64,000 bases of DNA from contig NC_092646.1 of assembly GCF_039555335.1 (NCBI RefSeq), positions 57,946,946-58,010,945 of the forward strand, given 5' to 3'. The notes beneath the pieces were generated by a model that was not told the DNA's origin, did no database searches, and was given only the letters and a program-made list of their open reading frames with translations. The first letter of the stretch is position 1, and every line of letters starts with the position of its first letter. Shown here piece by piece: positions 38,657 to 50,000 of this stretch. The stretch is from Amphiura filiformis (taxonomy: Eukaryota). Made by a program: the position numbers and the translations under genes.

Positions 38657-39022
38657 GCTTTAAGGGGGTACTACACCCCTGGCCAAATTTGTGCCTATTT
38701 TTGCATTTTCTCACAAATTATAGCACATTGGTGACAGGTAAGATATGTATATTATAGGGGCAAAGACTACAACTACTGCACTAAACATTCAGCAACTCAA
38801 GGCATGTAGTTATTGATTTATTGATCAAATATTGGTTTTCCCTCATTTTTGACTGTAACTCCACAACTGTTATCTGTGCTGAAATAAAATTTCCAGTGCA
38901 GTAGTTGTAGTCCTTGCCCCTATAATAACGATACCTTACTTGTCACCAATGCGCTATAATTTTTGAGAAAAATGCAAAAATAGGCACAAAATTGGGCAGG
39001 GGTGTAGTACCCCCTTAAGAAG
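38657..39022. mobile_element. MITE family B copy, flanked TTAA/TTAA
   Basis: GCTTTAA|GGGGGTACTACACCCCTGGCC ... GGGGTGTAGTACCCCC|TTAAGAAGG. Confidence 0.85.
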
Positions 39023-39127
39023 GAATAATACCCTGATTTTCATCAGTACCCCTCTTCTTTTTTTTCTTGCAAATTTATAAAGTACATACATACGTACATA
39101 ATATGTTCATCACTGTGTCATGAACTT

Positions 39128-39328
39128 ATAAAATATATCTACATACATTTTTGACTGTAACTCCACAACCATGACAACTGTTGTCTGTGCTGAAATAAAA
39201 TTTCCAGTGCAGTAGTTGTAGTCCTTGCCCCTATAATATGCATATCTTATTTGTCACCAATGCGCTATAATTTTTGATAAAGCAAAAACAGGCACAAAAT
39301 TGGGCAGGGGTGTAGTACCCCCTTAATT
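39128..39328. mobile_element. MITE family B, 3' half only
   Basis: Matches the right arm ...CAGTGCAGTAGTTGTAGTCCTTGCCCCTATAATATGCATATC...GGGCAGGGGTGTAGTACCCCCTTAATTAAAGG. Confidence 0.7.
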
Positions 39329-39819
39329 AAAGGAAGGTGACATAATATATTTCATGTATTTGGAAAATGGAATTCTTTAAAACATGTATCAAACATACAT
39401 GACATAATAATATCAAATATGATTAATGTGATGTCGTCCGAACAGAGGTCAGAGTGTCATGACCTTTCATTTCATTTCATTGAGTCGGCAGCTTAAACTG
39501 TAACCAGTCGTACTCTCGCCAACTTACCCTGAAACCTTGGATTGAGTGCAGATATCAGAACCGGGGATGGTCCCCCTTCTCTTTTCGAATACCTCTGACA
39601 CTTTAACGTGCACATGGATGAATCCTCCTGAACACAGGACCAACGGCTTTACGTGACTTCCAAATCACGGACGAAGCACATGTACACTACATCTGCACGT
39701 GCTAAGCAGTGTATGGGGGCGAGAGAAAATTCTTCAATTAAATTCTGAAATTAAATTACTGAACTTTATTGAAGGATTCCCGACCATATAGGAACTTTTT
39801 GGGAGGGAAGAGAATTTTC

Positions 39820-39915
39820 ACCTAACATGCCTAAAGCAAGCCCAGGCCAAGGCTCGAACCCTCGTCGATCGTATCTCCCGGCCGGCAGCGCAACACCTTA
39901 ACCATGTTAACCACT
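39820..39915 (-). pseudogene. tRNA-Ser-like pseudogene / SINE head with an internal GGTTAA duplication
   Basis: The reverse complement reads GCGAGATGGCCGAGTGGTTAACATGGTTAAGGTGTTGCGCTGCCGGCCGGGAGATACGATCGACGAGGGTTCGAGCCTTGGCCTGGGCTTGC. The D-loop GCCGAGTGGTTAAGG and a T-arm-like GGGTTCGAGCC are recognisable, but the acceptor stem does not close. Confidence 0.4.
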
Positions 39916-40451
39916 CGGCCATCTCGCCCTCAATCAAGGACCTTGATGATTGATCAGCTGTTCCATCCTCATGCCATGCATGAAGTATCATGGACATCAT
40001 GATGATCATCATCAACTGATCAAGATCATAATGCACATGGGGGTGGAAATGTGGATGTCATGACTCATGAAAATATTTTTAGTATCCATGTATGCATGCA
40101 TGAACTTGCTGCATCAGTGCAGGACAATCAAAAACGTGTTACGTGCCCCCCGTAGAGTGCATGACATGTTTAATACCTTCTTTACATGAATAAAGTAGTA
40201 TATTAGCATATTCTTTATGAATTACAAGTACATCTGTGACTGACCATGTTAAAAGGAGTTTTGTACACAATACACATTCACCACGTGTAGTCAATCACGC
40301 GTGAATTTAAATATGGCAACCTTCAATTCTGCCAAAACATGGTCGCATTTCAAGAGATGTTTTGCATGATTCCGAGATGAGTAAGAGAGTTTTAAATAGC
40401 TGTATCGAACCAATAGATATAAGAGATAATAAATATGAGCATAATATTCAC

Positions 40452-40650
40452 CTTCTTTCCTAGGTTTAGGTTCTGGCTCGGGTTCTTTCTTCACAACTTC
40501 CTGCTGTTTCTTTGACTTCTTGCTTCCCTTCTGTGGTTTTTTCTCCTTCGCTTGAGCCTCTATTGAAGACAAAATTTCATCGGGATCTCCCACACTATCC
40601 CATTCCACAAGATACCTATTGTGGGTCTGTATACCGTAGCTTGATTCCAT
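40452..40650 (-). CDS. SERBP1: SERBP1/HABP4-like first coding exon (start ATG 40648-40650)
   Basis: MESSYGIQTHNRYLVEWDSVGDPDEILSSIEAQAKEKKPQKGSKKSKKQQEVVKKEPEPEPKPRKE matches the HABP4/SERBP1 N-terminus ([27 protein letters not shown]...). Donor G|gtgaat, phase 1, compatible with exon 2. This donor is the least certain splice site in the model. Confidence 0.6.
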
Positions 40651-41000
40651 GATGTCCAGCCCTTCTAATAACGAAGGATGATGCTGGATTTTTATCGCTT
40701 TTGAGCGATTCTCACCTTGTTTTCCCAGACATTCAATATGGCGAAATTTTCTATTTTGATGTAAAATGATTTTCTCAGATATTTTACACTCTTCCAACAA
40801 CAGATGGCGCTATTTCTAAGGACTCGATCACTATTTGATAGGGGTTAGCTGTAAACAGTTATATGCAAAGCTGATTTATCAACAAAGGCGCACTCGAGCA
40901 CCACTCGAGATTTAATACTTGATTACATTAATTTTACCAGGGCCTAGATTTAGTGAGAGGACCCGATCGCGATCCCGGCATTCCCGGGGCGCGGGGATCC
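40651..41000 (-). promoter_or_regulatory. 5'UTR / proximal promoter region of the SERBP1-like gene
   Basis: It lies upstream of the homology-defined ATG. It has no in-frame ATG, and a GC-rich palindromic block GATCGCGATCCCGGCATTCCCGGGGCGCGGGGATCCGG at 40943-40985. Confidence 0.35.
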
Positions 41001-42043
41001 GGAGAGCTATCAAATCGCTATAATTCTGATCCAAGATAGCGATAATTATTTTTGGGGAACATAAAAATAAATAAATGAAAGAAATGAATGAATGAATAGT
41101 GTAGGTCCTATTAAATTAGACTGGTAACTGTAAAAATTTAACATTTTCGCACGCTCATTGGTGCATGGCACAAAGATTTTTTTTGACAATTGAGGGGGAG
41201 AGCTATTGATTTCTTTTGGGGGCATCGGATTGGCTGGGTAAATTGGTTCATTTTGATGGATGGAGGGGGAATTGGTTTCCCCATTGCCCCGGAAAAAGGT
41301 GATAGGCCTACATAATGAAACCGAAATTGAGTTTATCTTCAACTTTTTGAGTGCCTTTTGAGAGCGTTTTGAAGGTTGCCCCAAATGTGTCGCTTCCCCC
41401 TCCTCCCCTTTTTGAAGTTAGTGCCATAAATCCAAACCCTTTCGGAATGACAAAATTACCCCCCCCCCCCTCAGGCGCAGATTAGTGGGCCCCTCCCCCT
41501 CCACAAGAAAAACGAAAGGAGGAGAGAAGAGAAAGGGGAAAGGGAGAAAAAGATGGTAATTGAGTAGGCTCATGAATGAATGCCTAAATAAATGCACGGT
41601 CTGGAGCTGGATGGGGCTCCCCTCCCCTGTGAGAAGTCTTTCCCCTCTTGCCCCCCCGGACGCAGGACGCCCTGTTTGACCATTTTTGTCAAAGTTTGTT
41701 CCCTTAAATCTAAGTTGTCTTCCCCAGTGGCGGAATTTCAGGGGGTAGGCCTATGATACGGTGGGGCAAAAGTCAACAAATGTTGCGCAACTTGTGCCGC
41801 AAAAAGTGGAAATTTACTCGGGAAACAGGGAGAACAAGAGTTCTGACTGGGGAATCGAATCCCCCGTGGGGCCGCCACTGGTCTTCCCCCCCCTCCTTTC
41901 CCCACCCTCTGATAAAGTGCTGGTTAGGCCCCGCCGCCAATAGGCCCAAAAACCTGTGATCACTGCGGGTGCACTCTGACTTCAACATCAATCCATGCAT
42001 GCTTTAGTATTGTCATGGAAGAAAGAGATGAGAAGGAACCACA

Positions 42044-45000
42044 TAGTCCTGGCCCTAGCTAGAACCCGGCCTACACCGGATAGGGCAGAGATTTTGACAC
42101 TTGATTTGGGTTATTGGACCTTTGAGGTTAACGAATCACAGAGGTGCTTTTGCGAAAGCGGCTGCGAATTCGAGAAATCAAGATGGCCGCCGGCGGCCAT
42201 TTTGAAAATTTTAAATTTTAGTTTTCACTCAATATTCATGTGTAATACATCATTCTATAGGTTTTTGAATACAAGGAATCAATTTCTGACATTATTTTTA
42301 TGATTGAAGGTCAGTATAACATGTTTACATTCAAAATGGCTGCCAAATGGTTGCCAAAAGATGGGGTTTTCATTAAAATGTATTTAGAATTCAATATTTT
42401 AACTTATTTGATGTTAAAAATAACCATGGGTTGCTGATATTATGGTCAGTTACAACTATGTCATTTCTATCATCTCCTGGATATGTGTAAAAATCAAAAT
42501 GGCTGCCAAAATGGCCGCCAAAATCGTCTTTTTTCATTAAAATGTGTTACAGGAGTATTATGAAGTACCAGATTTACAATGAAATGGTGCCAAACATTGT
42601 GTTCTTTTGTATTCAAAGTATCTCTCTGGTAAAGGGGTAAAAATATGACATCAGCATCAATTAATATGATCTCATGGGCATGTAAACATTCAAAATGGCC
42701 GCCAAAATGGCTGCAAAAACATGATTTTTTCATTAAAATGATATTTAAAACAGCATTTTAATAGATGTTGTGTTAAATATTTTCATTGAACGCTGATATA
42801 ATGTTAAAGGAGTATTTCTATCCAAATTTCTTCCTGCTCATGTGTTTTTACATTCATGAAAGAAACCTAAACCCAAATTTTCATGCAAATCGGACATTCA
42901 GTTGGCGAATTATGGGCTATAACATATATTTCAATGGTCCATAGGATTGTGTGTGATACTTTCGTTGTCGACAGAATGAAATTCAAAATCGAACATTTCG
43001 GCCCGTTTCTCTAGATATAAATTATAAATTTATAAGATAAATTTGCAAGATTCCTTTGCACATGATCATTATGCACCTAGTAAGGGAGACCGGGACAGGT
43101 TGGCCCCCTTTTCCCCCACTTATCTGGAGAGCTCAGTTTGTGGGTTAGGAGGCTCTCATGATCAATTTGATACTTGAGAGCTGTTTACTCTAGGTAAATG
43201 CTAACAAATTTATATGGCTCTGTGACTTATACAAAAGTTATAGTAGTTGTAGGAGAGAGCGAAAAGAAAATTAACCAGGCCGGGGCAGGTTGGCCCACCA
43301 AACGGGGCAGGTTGGCCCTCTATGCACAACCGTGTGTTATTGCCATATTTCTTTCCAATAAAACATTCTAAAGTTACTACTGCGGTAAGATATCACCTAT
43401 CATAGTTCCAAGATAATCAAAAAATAAAATTCATTTTGCGCCATCATGGGTCATTCTTGAGGAAATAGCTAAAATCAAGGAAATAACGTTAACCAATCAT
43501 CTTATAAAACCCATAACGAAAAACTGAAAGGCTGTGGATAACAATTGTAATTGACTTTTTTTTTCATTTTTAACTATTCTGAGTGATGAATTACTTTTTA
43601 TGTACAAATTCCCAATTATAAAGAAATATGATATTGAAATATTGCTATTTCCAGTCAAAAAGTGCTCAAATAGGACAACAATATAGATTTTTTTTTACTA
43701 TACTCCGCCTTTGAACAATTTTATCCATGGAACTGACTAGTGTTGGTGTGTAAATTGTATTTTGCTTCATTTGACACAAAATGGGTGAAATGGAGAAAGT
43801 ATGCATAACTCTTGCCCATAAACACAATGGGGGCAACCTGCCCCAGCACAAGTGGGCCAACCTGCCCCATAGTCTATTTTTTGTTTTCCATCAAATTCCG
43901 CAAAACAGAAACAGGATGGAAAGCTTTCAACTATATGGCATTTTAAGCAAGACCCATACCTTCCAGCAACTTACAATTTACATAATGTATTATGTGCAAC
44001 AATAGTGCTTTCTTTCCTTTCTTTTTTTCTCCAAAATGACCATGCAAGTAGTTTTAAATTGATAATATTATGTCTCAACAACATGTAATTTATCTGATTT
44101 TTGAAGGAAATGGTGCCACATGAGTGCTTTCTTCGAGATCCAAAAATATCTTTGTGGCAGAAGGGTAACGTAAAATATGTCATTCAAAATTATCCCATGG
44201 GTAAGTTCAAAGAAATAAAAGTGACTCCCAAAATGGCCACCAAAATATTATTTTTTCATCAAAATCTGTTACAGCGACACTAGGTATCTGGTTTTCAAGG
44301 GGATGGTGCCATAAAAGGAGAGTATTTTCGCACATAATCATTATAGCATAGCAGTAATAGGAAAACAGCATGGACTTATGGGTAATTGGGCATGTTTAAA
44401 ATTCAACTTGGCCACCAAAATAATATTTTGGATGTTGGTGTAACAGTCATATTCTTTTAAATGACTGTTACACCAACTTTCAAGATACCAGTTTTTTACA
44501 GGAGATGTCATTTTTTCAGCTTCATGGCATATGGTTAACATTCTGTCGTAAAATGATTCTGCCGGCATGCTCATACCAACGGGACCCCTTATATACTAGG
44601 TGCATAATGATCATGTGCAAGAGGAATCTTGCAAATATATTCCCTTTCCAGAGAAACCGGCCAACATGTTCGATTTTGAATTTTATTCTGTCGCCAACGA
44701 AAGTATAACACACAATCCTATGGACCATTGAAATATACGGTATGTTATAGTCCATAATTCGCCAACGGAATGTCCGATTTGCATGAAATTTAGGATTTAA
44801 GATTCTTTTATGAATGTAAAAACACATGAGCAGGAAGAAATTGGGATAGAAATATCCCTTTAACATTATATCAGCGTTCCATGGAAATATTTAACACAAC
44901 ATCTATTAAAATGCTGTTTTAAATACCATTTTAATGAAAAAATCATGTTTTGCAGCCATTTTGGCGGCCATTTTGAATGTTTACATGCCCATATGAGATA

Positions 45001-45620
45001 ATATTAATTGATGCCGATGTCATATTGTTACCCCTTTACCAGAGGGATACTTTGAATACAAAAGAACACAATGTTTGGCACCATTTCATTGTAAATCTGG
45101 TACTTTATAATACTCCTGTAACACATTTTAATGAAAAAAGACTATTTTGGCGGCCATTTTGGCAGCCATTTTGATTTTTAAACATATCTAGGAGATGATA
45201 GAAATGACATAGACAACTGACCATAATATCAGCATCCCATGGTTATTTTTAACATCAAATAAGTTAAAATATTGAATTCTAAATGCATTTTAATGAAAAC
45301 CCCATCTTTTGGCAACCATTCGGCGGCCATTTTGAATGTAAACATGTTATACTGACCTTCAATCATAAAAATAATGTCAGAAATTGATTCCTTGTATGCA
45401 AAAACCTATAGAATGATGTATTACACATGAATATTGAGTGAAAACTAAAATTTAAAATTTTCAAAATGGCCGCCGGCGGCCATCTTGAACTCTCGAATTC
45501 GCAGCCGCTTTCGCAAAAGCACCTCCGTGATTCTTTAACCTCAAAGGTCCAATAACCCAAATCAAGTGTCAAAATCTCTGCCCTATCCGGTGTAGGCCGG
45601 GTTCTAGCTAGGGCCTGGAC
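42044..45620. mobile_element. Foldback-type element: ~1.05-kb inverted arms (42044-43095 / 44560-45620) built from CAAAATGGCYGCCAAAATGGCYGC subrepeats, ~1.5-kb centre
   Basis: The two arms are mutual reverse complements at about 90% identity. They include near-identical + ORF 41995-42303 and - ORF 45363-45626. 150-190-bp subrepeats containing AAAATGGCCGCCAAAATGGCTGC occur at 42330, 42495, 42680 and mirrored at 44940, 45130, 45310. Confidence 0.8.
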
Positions 45621-45694
45621 TAACAACGACTTCGATCGGCCAAGTTTTAATCCGCTGATCTATTGACGCATGAAAAGAAAAGCTATCAATTGTT

Positions 45695-46693
45695 GGGGAG
45701 ACCTGGGCCAGTCCGCCCTCGGGGCAAGTCCGCCCACCCCATGTTTCTGATCTCGTGACTGCTGGGAAAGTACAATGATGATGTAATTAGCTGGCACACG
45801 TCATAGCTAAGTACCCAAGAAAACAAGACAGTCCGACACACCTCGCCACAGAAATTATCGTCAAAAAACGTTTTTGAGTCAAGGAAGTTTACATTTTTGA
45901 AATTAGTAATATTGTAATAATCTCAAGACCTTGCAGAGACGGTTTTCGTTCTTATATTTATTTGGAAGGTGAACGTTTTGCCCAACATATTATGCAATTA
46001 AAAGATCGACATATTGTGTTTTGTAGGCATAACACGAGGTAAAGAAAAAAAGTAGTGTTGGGGCAAGTCCGCCCTGTATGTGAAGGGGCAAGTCCGCCCT
46101 GTTTTTTCCCCCGGCTGACTCCCGGGTGGATTCACGCCATCAGCGTATTATGCAAAATATTGATAATAATACCTTTAAGAAGAGTAAAACTACATGCAAG
46201 CATGTTTTTTTAAAGTTAAGTGGTATCAGTATTACTCATACCACCGTTTATGCCCTAAAACCATAAATGCCGAAGTTGTAAATAAAGGTTTTGCTTATTT
46301 TGGACCATACATTTATTAGCTGACATTATACCCCTCCAATAAATTTAGTAGACTCTTTGGAAGAGAGTGAGTGCCTAATATACCCTTTACTAAACGTTTG
46401 CATTAAATTTATAATTGTTATGCAATATTATAACCTTTTCTTTTTTATCAGGGCGAACTTACCCCACCATAGGGGCGGACTTGCCCCAACACGGGGCAAG
46501 TCCGCCCTGTCATCGTGATTTTTATTTTCCCTTCTCCTGCCGTTACTGAAAGCTCAATGTCCTTACAAATGTGGTAGTATTTAGCTATAGTATACAGCTT
46601 TAAAATGTAAAAACTATAGCCTTCTAACATGAGAATTGTCCTCTCTAGGCGAGATTGAAGAAAATAGGGCGGACACGCCCCGGTCTCCCCTAC
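45695..46693. mobile_element. Composite TIR element X, copy 1 (termini GGGGAGACCTGGGCCAGTCCGCCC...GGGCGGACACGCCCCGGTCTCCCCTAC), rich in the 15-mer GGGGCAAGTCCGCCC
   Basis: Terminal inverted similarity. Internal 46080-46520 is about 80% identical to 48720-49200. The 15-mer and variants recur at 45708, 45722, 46062, 46090, 46462, 46478, 46494, 46668. Confidence 0.65.
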
Positions 46694-47764
46694 TTACTTT
46701 CATGTATGATCCATTTACCGCGATCGATGCTTGGCAAAATCATTACTGGAAAAAATTATAACAAACCCATCCACGAACAAACAAACGCTACCCAGAAGTA
46801 AGATGATGAAATTTCACTGATGCTCTGAACATGTATAGTAGCTTTGTTTTGGGATCTACAGTCAAACTGTTTTCTTGATCGTGTTGTGTAGAAAATGTCC
46901 TATAAAACATCGAAAAGGTAATCAAAATCGGCCGTTTTTTTGCTGAGTTTCATCTTTAGCAAATAAGGTAAGATTTTGGTGACTTTTTCGATGAAAAATA
47001 GATGTAAAATGTTCTTAAATAATGCACAATGTTCCGGTTGAGTCCGGTACATGAAACCTGTTTAATTTAATAGTTTATATGTGTATAATCGTAACTAGCT
47101 AACTCTGTTTCAGTGCCAAAGACTGCCAACTCTGAGAAAAAAGTCATCAAAGTTCGGGAAAATTGGGCAAAATGGAAGAAAAAGATGTAGGCCATCAATG
47201 ACCGATGATCACGTCACCAAAGAAAATCCTATAGGGTGCTTGCACGGAAGGTCATTAGTTCAAATCATCCTTCACACACGCTCCAGAAGACATGCAAATA
47301 CATGGAATACAATACCAATCACCTATTTAACGCGGGGTATTGATCAAAGTAAATCCTCATGAATAACAATGTCAACTAAATGTCGGTAAAGGAGTGGACA
47401 AAGTGAATGCGTTCGTTGTGGTTCCTTCTTATCTCTTTCTTCCATGGTATTGTGTAATATTTAAAATTTTACAAATTGGGTTCGGGCCCTGCCTTCTTTT
47501 GTTTATTAAAAGTAATGATATCAATAATGCACCTGCATGGCTTCAAAAATGGATCTTCATTTTCATAACATAACATCTTCAGAATCATAACAAGTGACCG
47601 TTTTCGCTTCTGCTTTCGATGCCCGGCACTTCATGTTTAACACATTATAGGCCTATAATCTATTATAGTCCTACTATAATTCATCAGAATCTGTTTGTTT
47701 GTCTGTCCGCCTCTTTTCTCGGAGACTAGGGATCGCACGTTCCCCAAACTGGTGGGTGGGTGCA

Positions 47765-48345
47765 CCTTGACACCGGACAGAACAATTTTGTATTGGTTGG
47801 TGGGTCAAGGTCACCCGAGGTCATCCAGGGGTCATATGAGGTCAAATTACTAAAAACTATCGTATGGGCATGAAACTTGGTGGTTACAGTCAACATTTAG
47901 AGTCAACTGTTGGAAAGTCGGTTCGGGGTCATCCGAGGTCACCCAGGGGTCATCTGAGGTCAAATAAGTATAAACTGTCCTATGGGCATGAAACTTAGTG
48001 GCCCAGTCGAGTCAACATTTAGAGCCAAATTTATGGAAGGTCATTTCGGGGTCATCTGAGGTCACTCAAGGGTCATCTGAGGTCAAATTACTAAGAACTG
48101 TCGTATGGGCATGAAACTTGGTGGGTACAGTCAACATTTACAGCCAAATATTTGGAAGGTCATTTCAGGGTCATCCGAGGTCAAACAGGGGTCACTGAGG
48201 TCAAATTAGACAAAACTATCATATGGGCATGAAACTGGGCGGGTACAGTCAACATTTAGAGCCACATTTTTGGAAGGTCATCAGGGGTCATATGGGGTCA
48301 AAATACATAATTAGTACAAACTGTTGGATGGGCAACAAACTTGGC
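47765..48345. repeat. Tandem array, ~120-bp unit x ~5, each unit carrying 5 direct AGGTCA/GGGTCA half-sites spaced 5,4,5,4
   Basis: Unit GGTCATTTCGGGGTCATCCGAGGTCACCCAGGGGTCATCTGAGGTCAAATTACTAAAAACTGTCGTATGGGCATGAAACTTGGTGGGTACAGTCAACATTTAGAGCCAAATTTTTGGAA. A second array at 49548-50000 degenerates to about 50400. Confidence 0.85.
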
Positions 48346-48350
48346 TAGTA

Positions 48351-49370
48351 GGGGAGAGCGGGGAGTGTTCGCCCTAGGGGTAGGTTCGCCCACCCGTTGT
48401 TTCTCAGCACTACGGCTATCGGGGAATTTGGTGATGGCAAAATTAGGTGACAAAGGTCATTATAAACTTCTCATATTAGCTACGTGACATATAGGGACGT
48501 GTTCATCGAACTGCAGCCAAAACAAAAAATTTACACCAAAACGTAACTTTTTCTTGCATTAATAATGTTGTATTATCATTGATAGGGCCTACATAAATAC
48601 AGATGGTTTTAATGGAAATCTGTATTGGGAACATATGGGATTTGTCAAAGATTAAATGCAGTTATAAACTCCTTATTCGATTTGTATTTTGCATACCCTT
48701 AAGAAAATACAAAAATGTGCACAAGGGGCACGTCCGCCCTTTTGAGGATGGGGCATGTTCGCCCTATATCTTCCCCGGGCGGACTTACCCCAAACTGGAG
48801 GGCGGACCTGCCCCATCCACGTATTATGCAAAATATTGATAATTATACCATTAAACAAGGTAAAACAACTGAAAAGCATGTTTTTTAAAGTTATGTGGTA
48901 TCAGTATTGCTCATACCACCGTTTATTTCCTAATCCATAATCTCCCCTAAGTTGTAAACATGATACGTTTAAACTCACTTTGGACCCCTACATTTTACCC
49001 TGATCCGACCCCTGCAACAAATTTAGTGACTCCCCCCAGAAGAGAATGAATGCCCTGTATACCCTTGCTAAATGTTTGCATTGAATATGTTATTGTTATG
49101 CAATGTTTAAACCTTTTTTGGGGGATTAGGGTGAACTTACCCCACCATATGGGCGAACCTGCCCCAATATGGGGCAAGTTCGCCACTTTGCAAAACTTTT
49201 TGTTTGCTCTATCCTGTTGCTATTGTAAGCCCTATAGTTCTGGGAATGTGGCCGTATATAGCTAAGACATAGGGCTTTCACATGGGCTAATCAGGTCATC
49301 CCTAACCTTAAAATTGACATCGCTAGGCTGGTCAGAAAAAAATAGGGCAAACACTCCCCGCTCTCCCCTA
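48351..49370. mobile_element. Composite TIR element X, copy 2 (GGGGAGAGCGGGGAGTGTTCGCCC...GGGCAAACACTCCCCGCTCTCCCCTAC)
   Basis: The termini are clear reverse complements. The interior is homologous to copy 1. It is followed, as in copy 1, by a GTCTGTCCGCC...leader and the 120-bp array. Confidence 0.7.
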
Positions 49371-49547
49371 CAGTCACCATAATTGCGACAGCCGAGAACC
49401 GCGAAATATCATCCGCCTAGTCTATAATAATACTGGTAGTCTGTGACTATGTCTGTCTGTGTCTCTGTGACGTGAGTCTGTCCGCCTATTTTCTCGGGAG
49501 ACTACATGTAGTCGCACATTCCTCAAACTTGGTGGGTGGGTGCATGC

Positions 49548-50000
49548 ATCTTGACCCCAGACAGAACAAATTTGTATCAAGTGGGTCAAGGTCACCCGAG
49601 GACATCCAGGGGTCATCTGAGGTCAAATTAGCAAAAATTGTCGTATGGACATGAAACTTGGTGGGTACGGTACAGTCAACATTTAGAGCCAAATATTTGG
49701 AAGGTCATTTTGGGGTTATCTGAGGTCACCCAGGGGTTATCTGAGATCAAATTACTAAAAAACTGTTGTATGGACATGAAACTTGGTGGGTACAGTCAAC
49801 ATTTAGAGTCAAATTTTCGGAAGGTCATCTGGGGTCACCCAGGGGTCATCTGAGGTCAAATTACTAAAAACTGTCCTATGGGCACGAAACTTGGTGAGTA
49901 CATTCAACATTTAATTGGAGCCAAATTTTTGGAAAGTCATTTCGGGGTTATCCGAGGTCACCCAGGGGTCATCTGAGGTCAAATTACTAAAAAATGTCAT
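49548..50000. repeat. Second 120-bp AGGTCA-rich tandem array (~4 units), then degenerate units to ~50400
   Basis: Same monomer as 47765-48345. Confidence 0.85.

Noticed and set aside
40291-40800. 169-aa minus ORF starting MLEECK (TTG start) with a chromo-like YLVEWDS pattern
   Set aside because: The upstream part is 5'UTR read-through from an alternative-start call. Homology to the HABP4/SERBP1 N-terminus begins at the ATG at 40648-40650 (MESSYGIQ...). The tail after ...PRKE is intron.
41995-45626. Two near-identical ~100-aa ORFs (41995-42303 +, 45363-45626 -)
   Set aside because: They lie in the mirrored arms of the foldback element. The identity is due to the inverted repeat, and neither has a protein-like composition or homology.
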